This document shows, one piece after another, positions 50,826-59,168 of a DNA stretch of 64,000 bases. Position 1 is the first letter of the stretch. Each line of letters starts with the position of its first letter. This DNA comes from an uncultured Bacillales bacterium (GTDB lineage: Bacteria; Bacillota_I; Bacilli_A; RFN20; CAG-826): assembly GCA_947302535.1 (NCBI GenBank), contig CAMYVX010000004.1, positions 221 to 64,220 on the forward strand, in the 5' to 3' direction. Position numbers and translations under genes: made by a program. The notes under the pieces are model-generated. The model made no database searches. It was not told the DNA's origin and worked only from the letters and a program-made list of their open reading frames with translations.

Positions 50826-50901
50826 GGGTCTGTAGCTCACCTGGGAGAGCGCATCGTTCGCAACGATGAGGCAGCCGGTTCGATCCCGGTCAGATCCACC
50901 A
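50826..50901 (+). tRNA. tRNA-Ala with anticodon CGC
   Basis: Manual fold of the 76-nt sequence GGGTCTG TA GCTC ACCTGGGA GAGC G CATCG TTCGCAA CGATG AGGCA GCCGG TTCGATC CCGGT CAGATCC A CCA. It has the G3:U70 wobble pair (alanine identity element), discriminator A73 and an encoded CCA. The anticodon loop is TTCGCAA, reading anticodon CGC. Confidence 0.85.
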
Positions 50902-51097
50902 GAAATACCCGCTACCAGCTTTGCTGGTAAACATAGATAAGAAGTCAATCTACGGGAAAGATTTCAAAACACAAGAAGGATGATAATCCATCCTTGGTAA
51001 GTATAGCCCCCATTTATGTAACTATACGAAAGCATTTGAGTCATAGAGATTATTCGCTAGCTTGTTGGGGCAAGCGGCTTGATGCGAAATCATCTTC

Positions 51098-51289
51098 CTA
51101 TTTGGAAGATTTTTTCTTTTCAAGAACGTCAATTAACTCCTCGTCTTCTTTTGATAAATGCCAATTGAGAAATGGCTTGGAGAAATACTTTTGGGGAATG
51201 TTTTCAATCCTAACGACGCAAAGATAAGCGGGGCTGTCATCTTTAGGGTTTGGATTACTATTCATCTGAATATATGTGTCGTCGGCCAA
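51098..51289 (-). CDS. Doubtful small ORF abutting repeat A1
   Basis: 63 aa from a TTG start that lies inside the repeat boundary. No recognisable domain. It may be a gene remnant or spurious. Confidence 0.15.
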   Translation of the reverse strand: MADDTYIQMNSNPNPKDDSPAYLCVVRIENIPQKYFSKPFLNWHLSKEDEELIDVLEKKKSSK

Positions 51290-51698
51290 ACTCGTTTATT
51301 CGGTTTTGCACAAAACGACTTATCCAACATAGATGAGGCCTCCGTGTGAGGTCTTTTCTTGTGTCTCAGACCAGGCTCGAACTCCCGACCTCTTGCGAAC
51401 GATGCGCTTTCCCAGCATGAGCTAGCCATATTCGAGTTCTAAGGAACGTTTATATAAATATAAAGCATTTACTTGCTTGCCTGATTTCTATGTCCCAGAT
51501 GGCTTGTTTTTCAAATGTCTCTCATGGTGTGACAAAAAGAGCTGTCTATATAACGTATAGTATTGATGTGAGCAATCGAAGTAGCCTCACGCCTCATTAT
51601 AAACTCCATCTCACATATTTTAAGTTCATTTTACCAAAGCGCATATCTAAAGCTGGCCTACTTGCTACTTCAGGGCTGGCTTTTTCTTTGCTTTAACA
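51277..51698 (+). repeat. Repeat A, copy 1 (about 420 bp)
   Basis: Near-identical to 53039..53462, and its first 92 bp also recur at 57905..57996. It contains the palindrome GTTTTGCACAAAAC, a CCTC-CGTGT-GAGG hairpin followed by TCTTTTCTT, and at 51368..51428 (reverse strand) a degenerate tRNA-Ala-like segment that shares the 15-mer GCGCATCGTTCGCAA with the real tRNA. The track ORF 51490..51696 (MSQMACF…) lies inside it and is probably non-coding. Confidence 0.85.
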
Positions 51699-52085
51699 TT
51701 GTTAACGATGCTTACACTAGGTATGCTATGTAGTTGTGGGGGATATGTTAAGAATTATTCTGCAACCATTTTGATTACTTCTTGTCAAGGTGATGAAGCA
51801 AGTATGAAATTTGATACATTTAATGGAACGTATAATTTCAAATTAAGAAGAGATAATATGGCTGAGTATACACTTGATTATGAAGCAAGTCTAGCTGAAG
51901 GTGAAATGAGTGTTTATATCGGAGTTGATGGTGAAAAAGAATTATTATTTGTAGTTAAGGGTGGAGAATCCTACGACGAAACGATTACACTTCATAATAA
52001 ATATGATAATGAAAAAACAATCTACATTATTCTTGAATCGACAGGTAAATGTGTAGATGGTGATTTTGAGTTTGAGTACAATTAA
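51699..52085 (+). CDS. Hypothetical small secreted or lipoprotein-like protein
   Basis: 128 aa with a short hydrophobic N-terminus containing Cys residues (MLTMLTLGMLCSCGG). The called start is TTG; an ATG lies at 51708. It begins exactly where repeat A1 ends. Confidence 0.45.
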   Translation: MLTMLTLGMLCSCGGYVKNYSATILITSCQGDEASMKFDTFNGTYNFKLRRDNMAEYTLDYEASLAEGEMSVYIGVDGEKELLFVVKGGESYDETITLHNKYDNEKTIYIILESTGKCVDGDFEFEYN

Positions 52086-52134
52086 TTTAAGTGAAACAAA
52101 CAAATAAATTAGAATTTGTAAAGGAGAAACAACG

Positions 52135-52917
52135 ATGAAAATTGACGTTAATGAATTGTTTGAAGAACTTGGAAGCCTTTCGCAAGTAGAAGCGATTGCT
52201 CTTGGTGGGTCAAGAGCGACTGGTAGAAATGATGAAAAATCAGATTACGATGTGTATGTGTACATAACAAGCAGTATTGATGAAAATGTGCGAAGAAATA
52301 TTCTGGAAAAATACTGCAGATATATGGAAATCGGGAATTCCTTTTGGGAACTTGAAGATGATGTTACCTTAAATGATGGAATTGATATGGACATCATTTA
52401 CAGAAATATGCAGGATTTTGAAGACATGGTTTCCTCTGTTGTAATAGACTGTGTGCCATGTAATGGCTATACCACTTGTATGTGGCATAATCTCATTACC
52501 GCTAAAATTGTAATAGATAAAAATGGAAAACTGAGCGCTCTACAGGAAAAATATCGGATTCCATATCCAAAGAAGCTAAAGGAGAAGATCATATCCAATA
52601 ATCTAAAGCTTCTTAGTGGTATGTTACCGTCATTTGATATGCAGATAAAAAAGGCAGAGAATAGAGGGGACCTTGTAAGCGTCAATCATAGGGTTGCTGA
52701 ATTCCTCGCAAGTTATTTCGATATTATTTTTGCACTGAATGAGATGACACACCCTGGGGAGAAGAGAATGCAAAGTATTTGTTCTGAGGAATGCAAGATT
52801 TTGCCTAATCGCTTTGACGAAAATCTGAACAGATTATTTGCAGGAATGTTCAGAGAGAGTATATCAGATGTAATAAATGATATGATAATTGAGATAAAAA
52901 CGATTACGAAGATGTAG
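52135..52917 (+). CDS. Pol-beta superfamily nucleotidyltransferase with a C-terminal helical domain (LnuB/ANT-like architecture)
   Basis: N-terminal motif LGGSRATGRNDEKSDYDVYVY (GS…DxD) and a downstream DMDIIY motif, 260 aa. This is the architecture of lincosamide and aminoglycoside nucleotidyltransferases. Confidence 0.6.
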   Translation: MKIDVNELFEELGSLSQVEAIALGGSRATGRNDEKSDYDVYVYITSSIDENVRRNILEKYCRYMEIGNSFWELEDDVTLNDGIDMDIIYRNMQDFEDMVSSVVIDCVPCNGYTTCMWHNLITAKIVIDKNGKLSALQEKYRIPYPKKLKEKIISNNLKLLSGMLPSFDMQIKKAENRGDLVSVNHRVAEFLASYFDIIFALNEMTHPGEKRMQSICSEECKILPNRFDENLNRLFAGMFRESISDVINDMIIEIKTITKM

Positions 52918-53038
52918 TCAAATTCCTATTTATCGATTAGATATTATTATTAAACGATTACAAGCAGGTGGTTTCATTATTAAACGATTATATTTAAATT
53001 GTATTAATATTGTCGTACCTTGCCACATAAGTAAATCA

Positions 53039-53462
53039 TGTCGTTGGTCAAACTCGTTTATTCGGTTTTACACAAAACGACTTATCCAACATAGATGAGG
53101 CCTCCGTGTGAGGTCTTTTCTTGTGTCTCAGACCAGGCTCGAACTCCCGACCTCTTGCGAACGATGCGCTTTCCCAGCATGAGCTAGCCATATTCGAGTT
53201 CTAAGGAACGTTTATATAAATATAAAGCATTTACTTGCTTGCCTGATTTCTATGTCCCAGATGGCTTGTTTTTCAAATGTCTCTCATGGTGTGACAAAAA
53301 GAGCTGTCTATATAACGTATAGTATTGATGTGAGCAATCGAAGTAGCCTCACGCCTCATTATAAACTCCATCTCACATATTTTAAGTTCATTTTACCAAA
53401 GCGCATATCTAAAGCTGGCCTACTTGCTACTTCAGGGCTGGCTTTTTTTCTTGCCTTTAACA
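53039..53462 (+). repeat. Repeat A, copy 2
   Basis: About 98% identical to 51277..51698, differing by a few substitutions and a small indel near the 3' end. The track ORF 53252..53473 is the same frame as in copy 1. Confidence 0.85.
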
Positions 53463-53506
53463 TAGTTAACTAAAATAGCATTCAGTACCCCGTGCGATCA
53501 TCAGTG

Positions 53507-53594
53507 TTTTCTTGTTCGCGAATGGATTGAATCACGACATAATACGGATAGTGACTTTTAGACAAAACTGAATGGATGAGTTTGTACAACTACA
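53507..53594 (+). repeat. Repeat B, copy 1 (about 88 bp)
   Basis: TTTTCTTGTTCGCGAATGGATTGAATCACGACATAATACGGATAGTGACTTTTAGACAAAACTGAATGGATGAGTTTGTACAACTACA. Related copies lie at 59027..59114, 63144..63231 and, partially, 63953..64000. Its 3' 49 bp is an imperfect inverted repeat of the 5' 49 bp of repeat A. Confidence 0.8.
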
Positions 53595-54063
53595 ATATGA
53601 TTTTGGATAATCTAACATTTTCTTAATATCATGTGTAATCATGTAACCATTTAATTTTGTTTTTGAATTCTCGCTTCTTGTTTCTACTAAAACGACGATA
53701 AATGGATGATGGCCATTTCTTCTATAAAAACGAAAATGATACTTGTCGTGGCCATTATACTTTCTGTATCTAGACATATAAAAAATCACCTTCCTATATA
53801 TCGTTCCTTAAGAAAGAGTTGTGATTGGGGGGAACGATATATTTAGGCAATTAAACAATATAGTGCAGCGATTGTTCCTAATGTTTGTACATATAGAGTA
53901 CTTTGGGAATAAAGCAATAGCAATAAAAACTTTGTATTTATTGAATGTTAGCAAAAATAAGCTTGTTACATAGTAACAATTAGCAGTATTGCGTCGTGAC
54001 TGCTTGCTTCCTCTTCTTCTTCTTATAATTTGACTATAAAAATATAAGGGAAGCCTATAAATC

Positions 54064-54810
54064 ATGCTGTTTTGTCTTTTCAAGCAAAACACCATGAAAA
54101 AAGTTGTTATGAAAACGCTATTAGAAAATATACTTTCAAATATCATCAATTTAGGAATTGTTTTTACAAACGAATTAGAATTTCAGTTTTATCTTGCTCA
54201 AGAATTGAAATCAAATTCAACTGTAAAAGATGTTCTATTTGAGGTTCCTTCTTTTTCAAAACCTTGGTCTATTGTTAGTAAAAATTTAAAATCAATATCA
54301 AAAAAGGATAAACAATATACAGATTTGATTGCTTGTTTAAAAAATGGAATGCATGTAGCAATTGAATTAAAATATAAAACACCTAACAAAGCACATATTT
54401 ACTTGACTTCTAATGGCCCTGTGCTAACAATGGCACAAGGCGCTTATTATTTAGGTGCTTATTCTTTTCTGAGAGATGTTGAAAGACTAGTTAATGTTAT
54501 CTCAAAGAAAAGATTTTATGTAAACAATATTACCATTGATGAAGCTTATGCTATTTTTTTAACGAACGATTCAAATTACAGGAATAATTCTTTCACTAAA
54601 GGAAGTGGCGTTTGGAAGAAATTTGCGATTAATGATGGTGCAACAATCCCAAATAAGATTTTAACGACCCCTAGTAGTTATAATAAATTACATTTACCAC
54701 AATTAAATCTTTCTGGTTTAAAAACGAAGGGGGTTTTTAATTGGACTCCAAAATCCACTATAACTAATAATTCTTCTGATTTTGCATATATAGTTTTGGA
54801 GGTTAAATAA
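54064..54810 (+). CDS. Hypothetical protein with a PD-(D/E)xK nuclease-like motif
   Basis: 248 aa with D…(hydrophobic)xELKYK arrangement (YTDLIACLKNGMHVAIELKYK). The true start may be MKKVVMK at 54094. Confidence 0.5.
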   Translation: MLFCLFKQNTMKKVVMKTLLENILSNIINLGIVFTNELEFQFYLAQELKSNSTVKDVLFEVPSFSKPWSIVSKNLKSISKKDKQYTDLIACLKNGMHVAIELKYKTPNKAHIYLTSNGPVLTMAQGAYYLGAYSFLRDVERLVNVISKKRFYVNNITIDEAYAIFLTNDSNYRNNSFTKGSGVWKKFAINDGATIPNKILTTPSSYNKLHLPQLNLSGLKTKGVFNWTPKSTITNNSSDFAYIVLEVK

Positions 54811-54813
54811 AAC

Positions 54814-57540
54814 ATGAAAAACAAAAAATGTATTTTAGGTATTAGTATAATTGGATCAGTTCTGCTAGCTTGTTCAACTCTCTCATTGATTATTAATACA
54901 AATTTTTCTATTGATTTTTCTTACGCGGGTAATACAACATATGGTATCTCTTTTAATTCCTCGAAAAATAAATTTCACTCATATACAGGCAACACCGCTT
55001 ATGATGGTGAGGCCACAATTAAAACAGAATTAGATAATGATGTTAACTTCTCTTATTACCAGATTAAAGGTGTGACCACTACATGGCACGTTTTAGGTAG
55101 TGGTGGTTATTTTTATAACACCGATCCAATTCACGGAATTGAAAGTATCACGTTGAATTTCAAAACCAACAATGCCGATTATGATATTCTCTATTCCTAT
55201 GATAAAAGTTTTGATCATTCTCAATCATTTGTCTCATCTACTACAGGTGGTACGACATATAGTTTTGATGGATATAAGCCAAACTATTTTAAAGTAGTTA
55301 ATAATAGTGGCGCTAACTTTAATATTTCTTCAATCGATATCGTCTTATCTTGTTTGAATAATTATCCAACCTTATCTATCAGTAGTGAGAACCCAACAAT
55401 GGGCACTGTTTCTGGTGGAGGAGTTAAGATTCAAGGAACACAAACCACAATTGTGGCCACTCCAGATCAAGGCTATAGATTTGTTGGCTGGTATGATGGA
55501 GAGACTCTAATTTCCTCTCAATCATCATATACATTCACTATTGAAAATGATGATGTAACTTATGTTGCTAGATTTACATATCAAACATATAACTTAGTGG
55601 TTCAATCTGAATCGTCAACAAAAGGGACTGTTTCTGATTCCACAGGACAATATGATTATCTAACCCCAGTTACTATTGAAGCCACACCAAAACCAGGTTA
55701 TTCATTCAATGGCTGGTACGAAGGAAATAATCTTGTTTCTAACAGCAACCCATATAATTTCACAATGCCTTATACAAACAAGACATATACCGCTAAATTT
55801 AGTACAAATTCCTATGAATTAACTCTTGTGAACGCTAATAGTGAGCTAGGTAGTATTACTGGAGCGGGAACTAAAACATATGGTAGTAGTGTGACTATTA
55901 CCGCCACTCCTAATACCGGTGTATCTTTCCTAGGCTGGTACAATAGTGGTGATAATCTAATCTCTTCTTTAACATCCTATACATTCAATATGCCTTATGA
56001 AGATTTAACATATACAGCTAAATTTGCATGGACTCCATATTCAGTTAGTTTAAGCATTAATGATGATTCTATGGGCTCTGTCAGCGGCAGTGGCTCTTAT
56101 ACTTATGGACAAGAAGTATCTTTAGTGGCCACTCCTAACGAACATTATTCATTCTTTGGTTGGTATGATGGAGAAACATTATTATCTCAAAAAACAACAT
56201 ATGTATTTGATATGCCTGATAACTCATTAGATTATCAAGCTAGATTTGTCCAAAACCATAGCCTCTATATTTATAGCGAAGACGAATCTAAAGGAACCGT
56301 TTCTTATCCAAATGAATGGGGGGAAGGGTTAGAAGTAACTATAACTGCGAACGCGGATACTGGATACGCTCTCGACTACTGGTATGATGAAGATTTAAAC
56401 CCAGTTTCCTATGATTTTTCTTATACATTTATCATGCCAAATAATGATGTTACACTCTGGGCAGCATTTACCCAAGGATATACGTTAACAGTGATATCTA
56501 GTGATGAAACAAAAGGCGCTGTCACTGGTAGCGGACAATATGTTGCAGGCAGAAATGTCACTGTTACAATGAACTATCTTTCCGGAACATTTAAGGGCTG
56601 GTTTGATAGTAATAATCAATTAGTTAGTATAGATAATCCTTACACATTTGTTATGCCAACCAACAATTATTCTCTTGAAGCTAGATTTATAACGCAAGAA
56701 GAAGAATGGAATATAGCCCATGGTGTAACACCAATTATTTCTAATGATGGAAAAACAATCACATATGGTTTATACCCTCAAACAAATATTGATGATCCTT
56801 CATTGATATCCACACTTAATGGTTTAACCACTCCTGAAACGAATGGATGGTACTTATACGAAGATGAATACTATGCAAAAACAAGCGCCCATCCATATTT
56901 TTCGAATTATAAGTTTGATAATGGTGAAACAATTGTAAGTGGTACAACTTATTGGTTTAAATGTGAGCCTATCGTTTGGAATGTTTTAAGCAACAATAAC
57001 ACAGAGTATTCTATCCTCTCATCTTTATTAATAGATTCACATAGATATAACGAATCTTATGATGGCACTAAAGATGGCCATTATGCAAATAATTACAAGT
57101 ATTCGGAAATAAGAAGCTGGTTAAATGATGACTTTTATAATTCTGCATTTGCTCTAGACAATAGTTATATCCAAACAACAAACGTCGATAACAGTGCTTC
57201 CACTACAGATAGTTCAAGTAATCAATATGCCTGTGAGAATACAAATGACAAGGTATTCTTACCTAGTTATAAAGACTATCTTAATAGCTCATACGGATTC
57301 TCAACATCAACCAGTTCAACCAGTTCTAGATACTGCAGAACTACTGACTGGGCAAGAGCAAGAGGCTCAAGCTATTACAGTGGCTCTTATCAATATAATG
57401 GCGAATATTGTACCCGTTCTCCTTACAGCTACGGCCCCTACTATGCGTGGATTGTCTATGGCGATGGTAGTCTCCGCACCAACGACATCTGTTACAATGG
57501 TCGCAGTGTTCGCCCCAGCCTTTCACTTCATATTGCGTAG
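54814..57540 (+). CDS. Large surface lipoprotein with about 8 tandem InlB-B/Listeria-Bacteroides-type repeats and a distinct C-terminal domain
   Basis: Signal peptide with lipobox LLAC. Repeated modules of about 90 aa carry the signature G(S/T)VSG…TATPN.GY.F.GWYDG…YTF.MP…Y.A.F. The C-terminal domain of about 290 aa ends …YNGRSVRPSLSLHIA, reminiscent of FISUMP/DUF1566-like C-terminal domains. Confidence 0.8.
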   Translation: MKNKKCILGISIIGSVLLACSTLSLIINTNFSIDFSYAGNTTYGISFNSSKNKFHSYTGNTAYDGEATIKTELDNDVNFSYYQIKGVTTTWHVLGSGGYFYNTDPIHGIESITLNFKTNNADYDILYSYDKSFDHSQSFVSSTTGGTTYSFDGYKPNYFKVVNNSGANFNISSIDIVLSCLNNYPTLSISSENPTMGTVSGGGVKIQGTQTTIVATPDQGYRFVGWYDGETLISSQSSYTFTIENDDVTYVARFTYQTYNLVVQSESSTKGTVSDSTGQYDYLTPVTIEATPKPGYSFNGWYEGNNLVSNSNPYNFTMPYTNKTYTAKFSTNSYELTLVNANSELGSITGAGTKTYGSSVTITATPNTGVSFLGWYNSGDNLISSLTSYTFNMPYEDLTYTAKFAWTPYSVSLSINDDSMGSVSGSGSYTYGQEVSLVATPNEHYSFFGWYDGETLLSQKTTYVFDMPDNSLDYQARFVQNHSLYIYSEDESKGTVSYPNEWGEGLEVTITANADTGYALDYWYDEDLNPVSYDFSYTFIMPNNDVTLWAAFTQGYTLTVISSDETKGAVTGSGQYVAGRNVTVTMNYLSGTFKGWFDSNNQLVSIDNPYTFVMPTNNYSLEARFITQEEEWNIAHGVTPIISNDGKTITYGLYPQTNIDDPSLISTLNGLTTPETNGWYLYEDEYYAKTSAHPYFSNYKFDNGETIVSGTTYWFKCEPIVWNVLSNNNTEYSILSSLLIDSHRYNESYDGTKDGHYANNYKYSEIRSWLNDDFYNSAFALDNSYIQTTNVDNSASTTDSSSNQYACENTNDKVFLPSYKDYLNSSYGFSTSTSSTSSRYCRTTDWARARGSSYYSGSYQYNGEYCTRSPYSYGPYYAWIVYGDGSLRTNDICYNGRSVRPSLSLHIA

Positions 57541-57904
57541 TTTACAAAACAATAATCGACCACTTATCAAAAGCAAAAGAGGTGGCATTATGCAAGAAAG
57601 AAAAATAAAATGATTAGCAATGGATTAAAGAATAAACCTCTATGATACCGGCAAGCAAAGTCAATTGTCCCGTTTTTGTATAATGATTTGAAAAGCGATG
57701 ATAAGTGACAAAAACTGCATAAATAATAGCATTTTCGCCGCAAAACCCTAATATTTTAAAATTTTATTGTAACTTATATATGGTGTAGAAGCCAGAATAA
57801 TACACTAGCTCAATTAAAAACAGGACATTGAGTTCTCCTGTCCCGAAAATATAAGAGGTAGCATGTTATTATCGTAGCGCTTCAGATCCACCATAAATAT
57901 GAAC

Positions 57905-57996
57905 TGTCGTCGGCCAAACTCGTTTATTCGGTTTTGCACAAAACGACTTATCCAACATAGATGAGGCCTCCGTGTGAGGTCTTTTCTTGTGTCTCA
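57905..57996 (+). repeat. Repeat A, copy 3 (5' 92 bp only)
   Basis: Identical to the first 92 bp of repeat A, then diverges into a GACCTC-CTCGT-GAGGTC hairpin followed by TTTTT (58005..58026) and a CATTGTTCGAAACAATG palindrome. A 12-nt copy of the tRNA-Ala 3' end (TCAGATCCACCA) lies at 57883..57894. Confidence 0.8.
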
Positions 57997-58065
57997 AACT
58001 CGCCGACCTCCTCGTGAGGTCTTTTTCATTGTTCGAAACAATGTATAATTACTATTGAAAGCAAA

Positions 58066-58938
58066 ATGATTAGATTTGTAAATTTTCAACATTGTTATTA
58101 TCAACAAGTTTGTGATTTTTTGATTGAAATTAACAAAGAGAATAATTATCACAACAATTGGAATTGGGCGCGATTTGAATGGATGTATGAGCACCCTTTA
58201 ACCCAAAAAGAACTACTACATTATATGGGTCTATGGTTTGATGATAATCATCTTGTGGGTGCGGCTTTAATCGATATGTTTTTTGGTGAAGCGTTCGTTG
58301 GTGTACTAAATAAATATCAAAGCTTATATCCAGAAGTATTAAAATACGCTTTTGATAATTTAAAAGATGATCAAGGCTTAGGCATATCTTTCCGCGATGA
58401 AAATATAGATGAAATTAATGAAGCGATTAAACAAGGCTTTAGTAAAGTTGAAGTAGAAGAAATAGATTGTGAAATTAATCTTGATAAGGAATTTGCTATT
58501 TCCTTGCCTGAAGGATTTAGTGTTGAAACGTTTGATGCTGAAAAAAACGCTAAAGAAATAGAATGGTTATTTTATCAGGGTTTTGATCACGGAAATGATA
58601 AAGAAGAATTTCTAAAACAACATAAAGAGCCAACAGGATCTAGACCTCATTTTAATCCATATCTGTGTATTGTTATTAGAAATAAACAAGGTGAACTGGT
58701 GGCTAGCGCCTCAACTTGGTATGACCCAAGAACTGATTACGCTTATGTAGAACCAGTTTGTGTCATTCCTGAATGTCGAAAGATGGGCTTAGGAAAGGCT
58801 GCGGTCTACACCGCGATTAATCACGCTAGAGAATTAGGTGCAAAAAGAGCAATAGTTAATTCTGGACAAGAATTCTACCAAAGGATAGGTTTTAGAAAGA
58901 AAAACCATTACTCCTTCTATTGGAAAAAAGAACTATAA
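58066..58938 (+). CDS. GNAT family N-acetyltransferase
   Basis: C-terminal GNAT motif A (VIPECRKMGLGKAAVYTAINHARELG), 290 aa. Confidence 0.75.
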   Translation: MIRFVNFQHCYYQQVCDFLIEINKENNYHNNWNWARFEWMYEHPLTQKELLHYMGLWFDDNHLVGAALIDMFFGEAFVGVLNKYQSLYPEVLKYAFDNLKDDQGLGISFRDENIDEINEAIKQGFSKVEVEEIDCEINLDKEFAISLPEGFSVETFDAEKNAKEIEWLFYQGFDHGNDKEEFLKQHKEPTGSRPHFNPYLCIVIRNKQGELVASASTWYDPRTDYAYVEPVCVIPECRKMGLGKAAVYTAINHARELGAKRAIVNSGQEFYQRIGFRKKNHYSFYWKKEL

Positions 58939-59026
58939 AGTCACCCTTAAACATTTCTACATTTACACTTTTTCAAAAATAACATAATCAAAGTAAAAGA
59001 ATTGGTCGAGTGAAATATCTCGGTTT

Positions 59027-59114
59027 TTTCTTGTTCGCGAATGAATTTAAACACGACATAATACGGATAGAGACTTTTGTGCAAAACAAGATGGATGAGT
59101 TTGTGTAACTACAG
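59027..59114 (+). repeat. Repeat B, copy 2
   Basis: TTTTCTTGTTCGCGAATGAATTTAAACACGACATAATACGGATAGAGACTTTTGTGCAAAACAAGATGGATGAGTTTGTGTAACTACA. It follows the GNAT gene. Confidence 0.8.
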
Positions 59115-59168
59115 AAAATCCCCCCGTTTATTGGACCGTTTCGGTACAATGATTTAGGGGGGTTTTTA

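Noticed and set aside
50913-50929. TACCAGC-TTTG-CTGGTA hairpin right after the tRNA as an intrinsic terminator
   Set aside because: No U-run follows (AACATAG…). It may still be a processing or structural hairpin, but it does not meet terminator criteria.
4197-50948. Numerous 60 to 140-aa antisense or out-of-frame ORFs embedded in the long housekeeping genes, e.g. 4197..4418, 6211..6417, 16329..16874, 17085..17922, 33140..33547 and 50440..50948
   Set aside because: Each is fully contained within a larger, well-supported gene on the other strand or frame, and none has domain signatures. They are typical shadow ORFs of a low-GC genome.
51368-51428. Possible functional tRNA on the reverse strand inside repeat A
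   Set aside because: Manual folding fails. The anticodon stem lacks its 3' strand, and the T-arm (GGGAG / TTCGAGC / CTGGT) does not pair. It is a pseudo-tRNA fragment, not a gene.
51490-51696. 68-aa ORF MSQMACFSNVSHGVTKRAVYITYSIDVS…, duplicated at 53252..53473 (73 aa)
   Set aside because: Both lie entirely inside the near-identical repeat A copies. They show no RBS, their composition is not protein-like, and the two copies differ only by an indel that changes the C-terminus. They are most likely non-coding repeat sequence translated by chance.
53532-53789. 85-aa reverse-strand ORF, and the similar 67-aa ORF at 58988..59191, sharing …TNSSI.FC.KV.IRIMS
   Set aside because: The shared residues are simply the reverse-strand translation of repeat B (copies B1 and B2). 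There is no independent evidence of coding.
53808-54149. 113-aa reverse-strand ORF in the AT-rich spacer upstream of the PD-(D/E)xK-like gene
   Set aside because: Low-complexity, Arg/Ile-rich translation of an AT-rich intergenic region that overlaps the start of the forward gene. It looks spurious.
57194-57613. 139-aa forward ORF overlapping the 3' end of the giant lipoprotein gene in another frame
   Set aside because: It is completely embedded in the well-supported repeat-protein gene, and its Gln/Ala-rich translation mirrors that gene's codon pattern. It is a shadow ORF.
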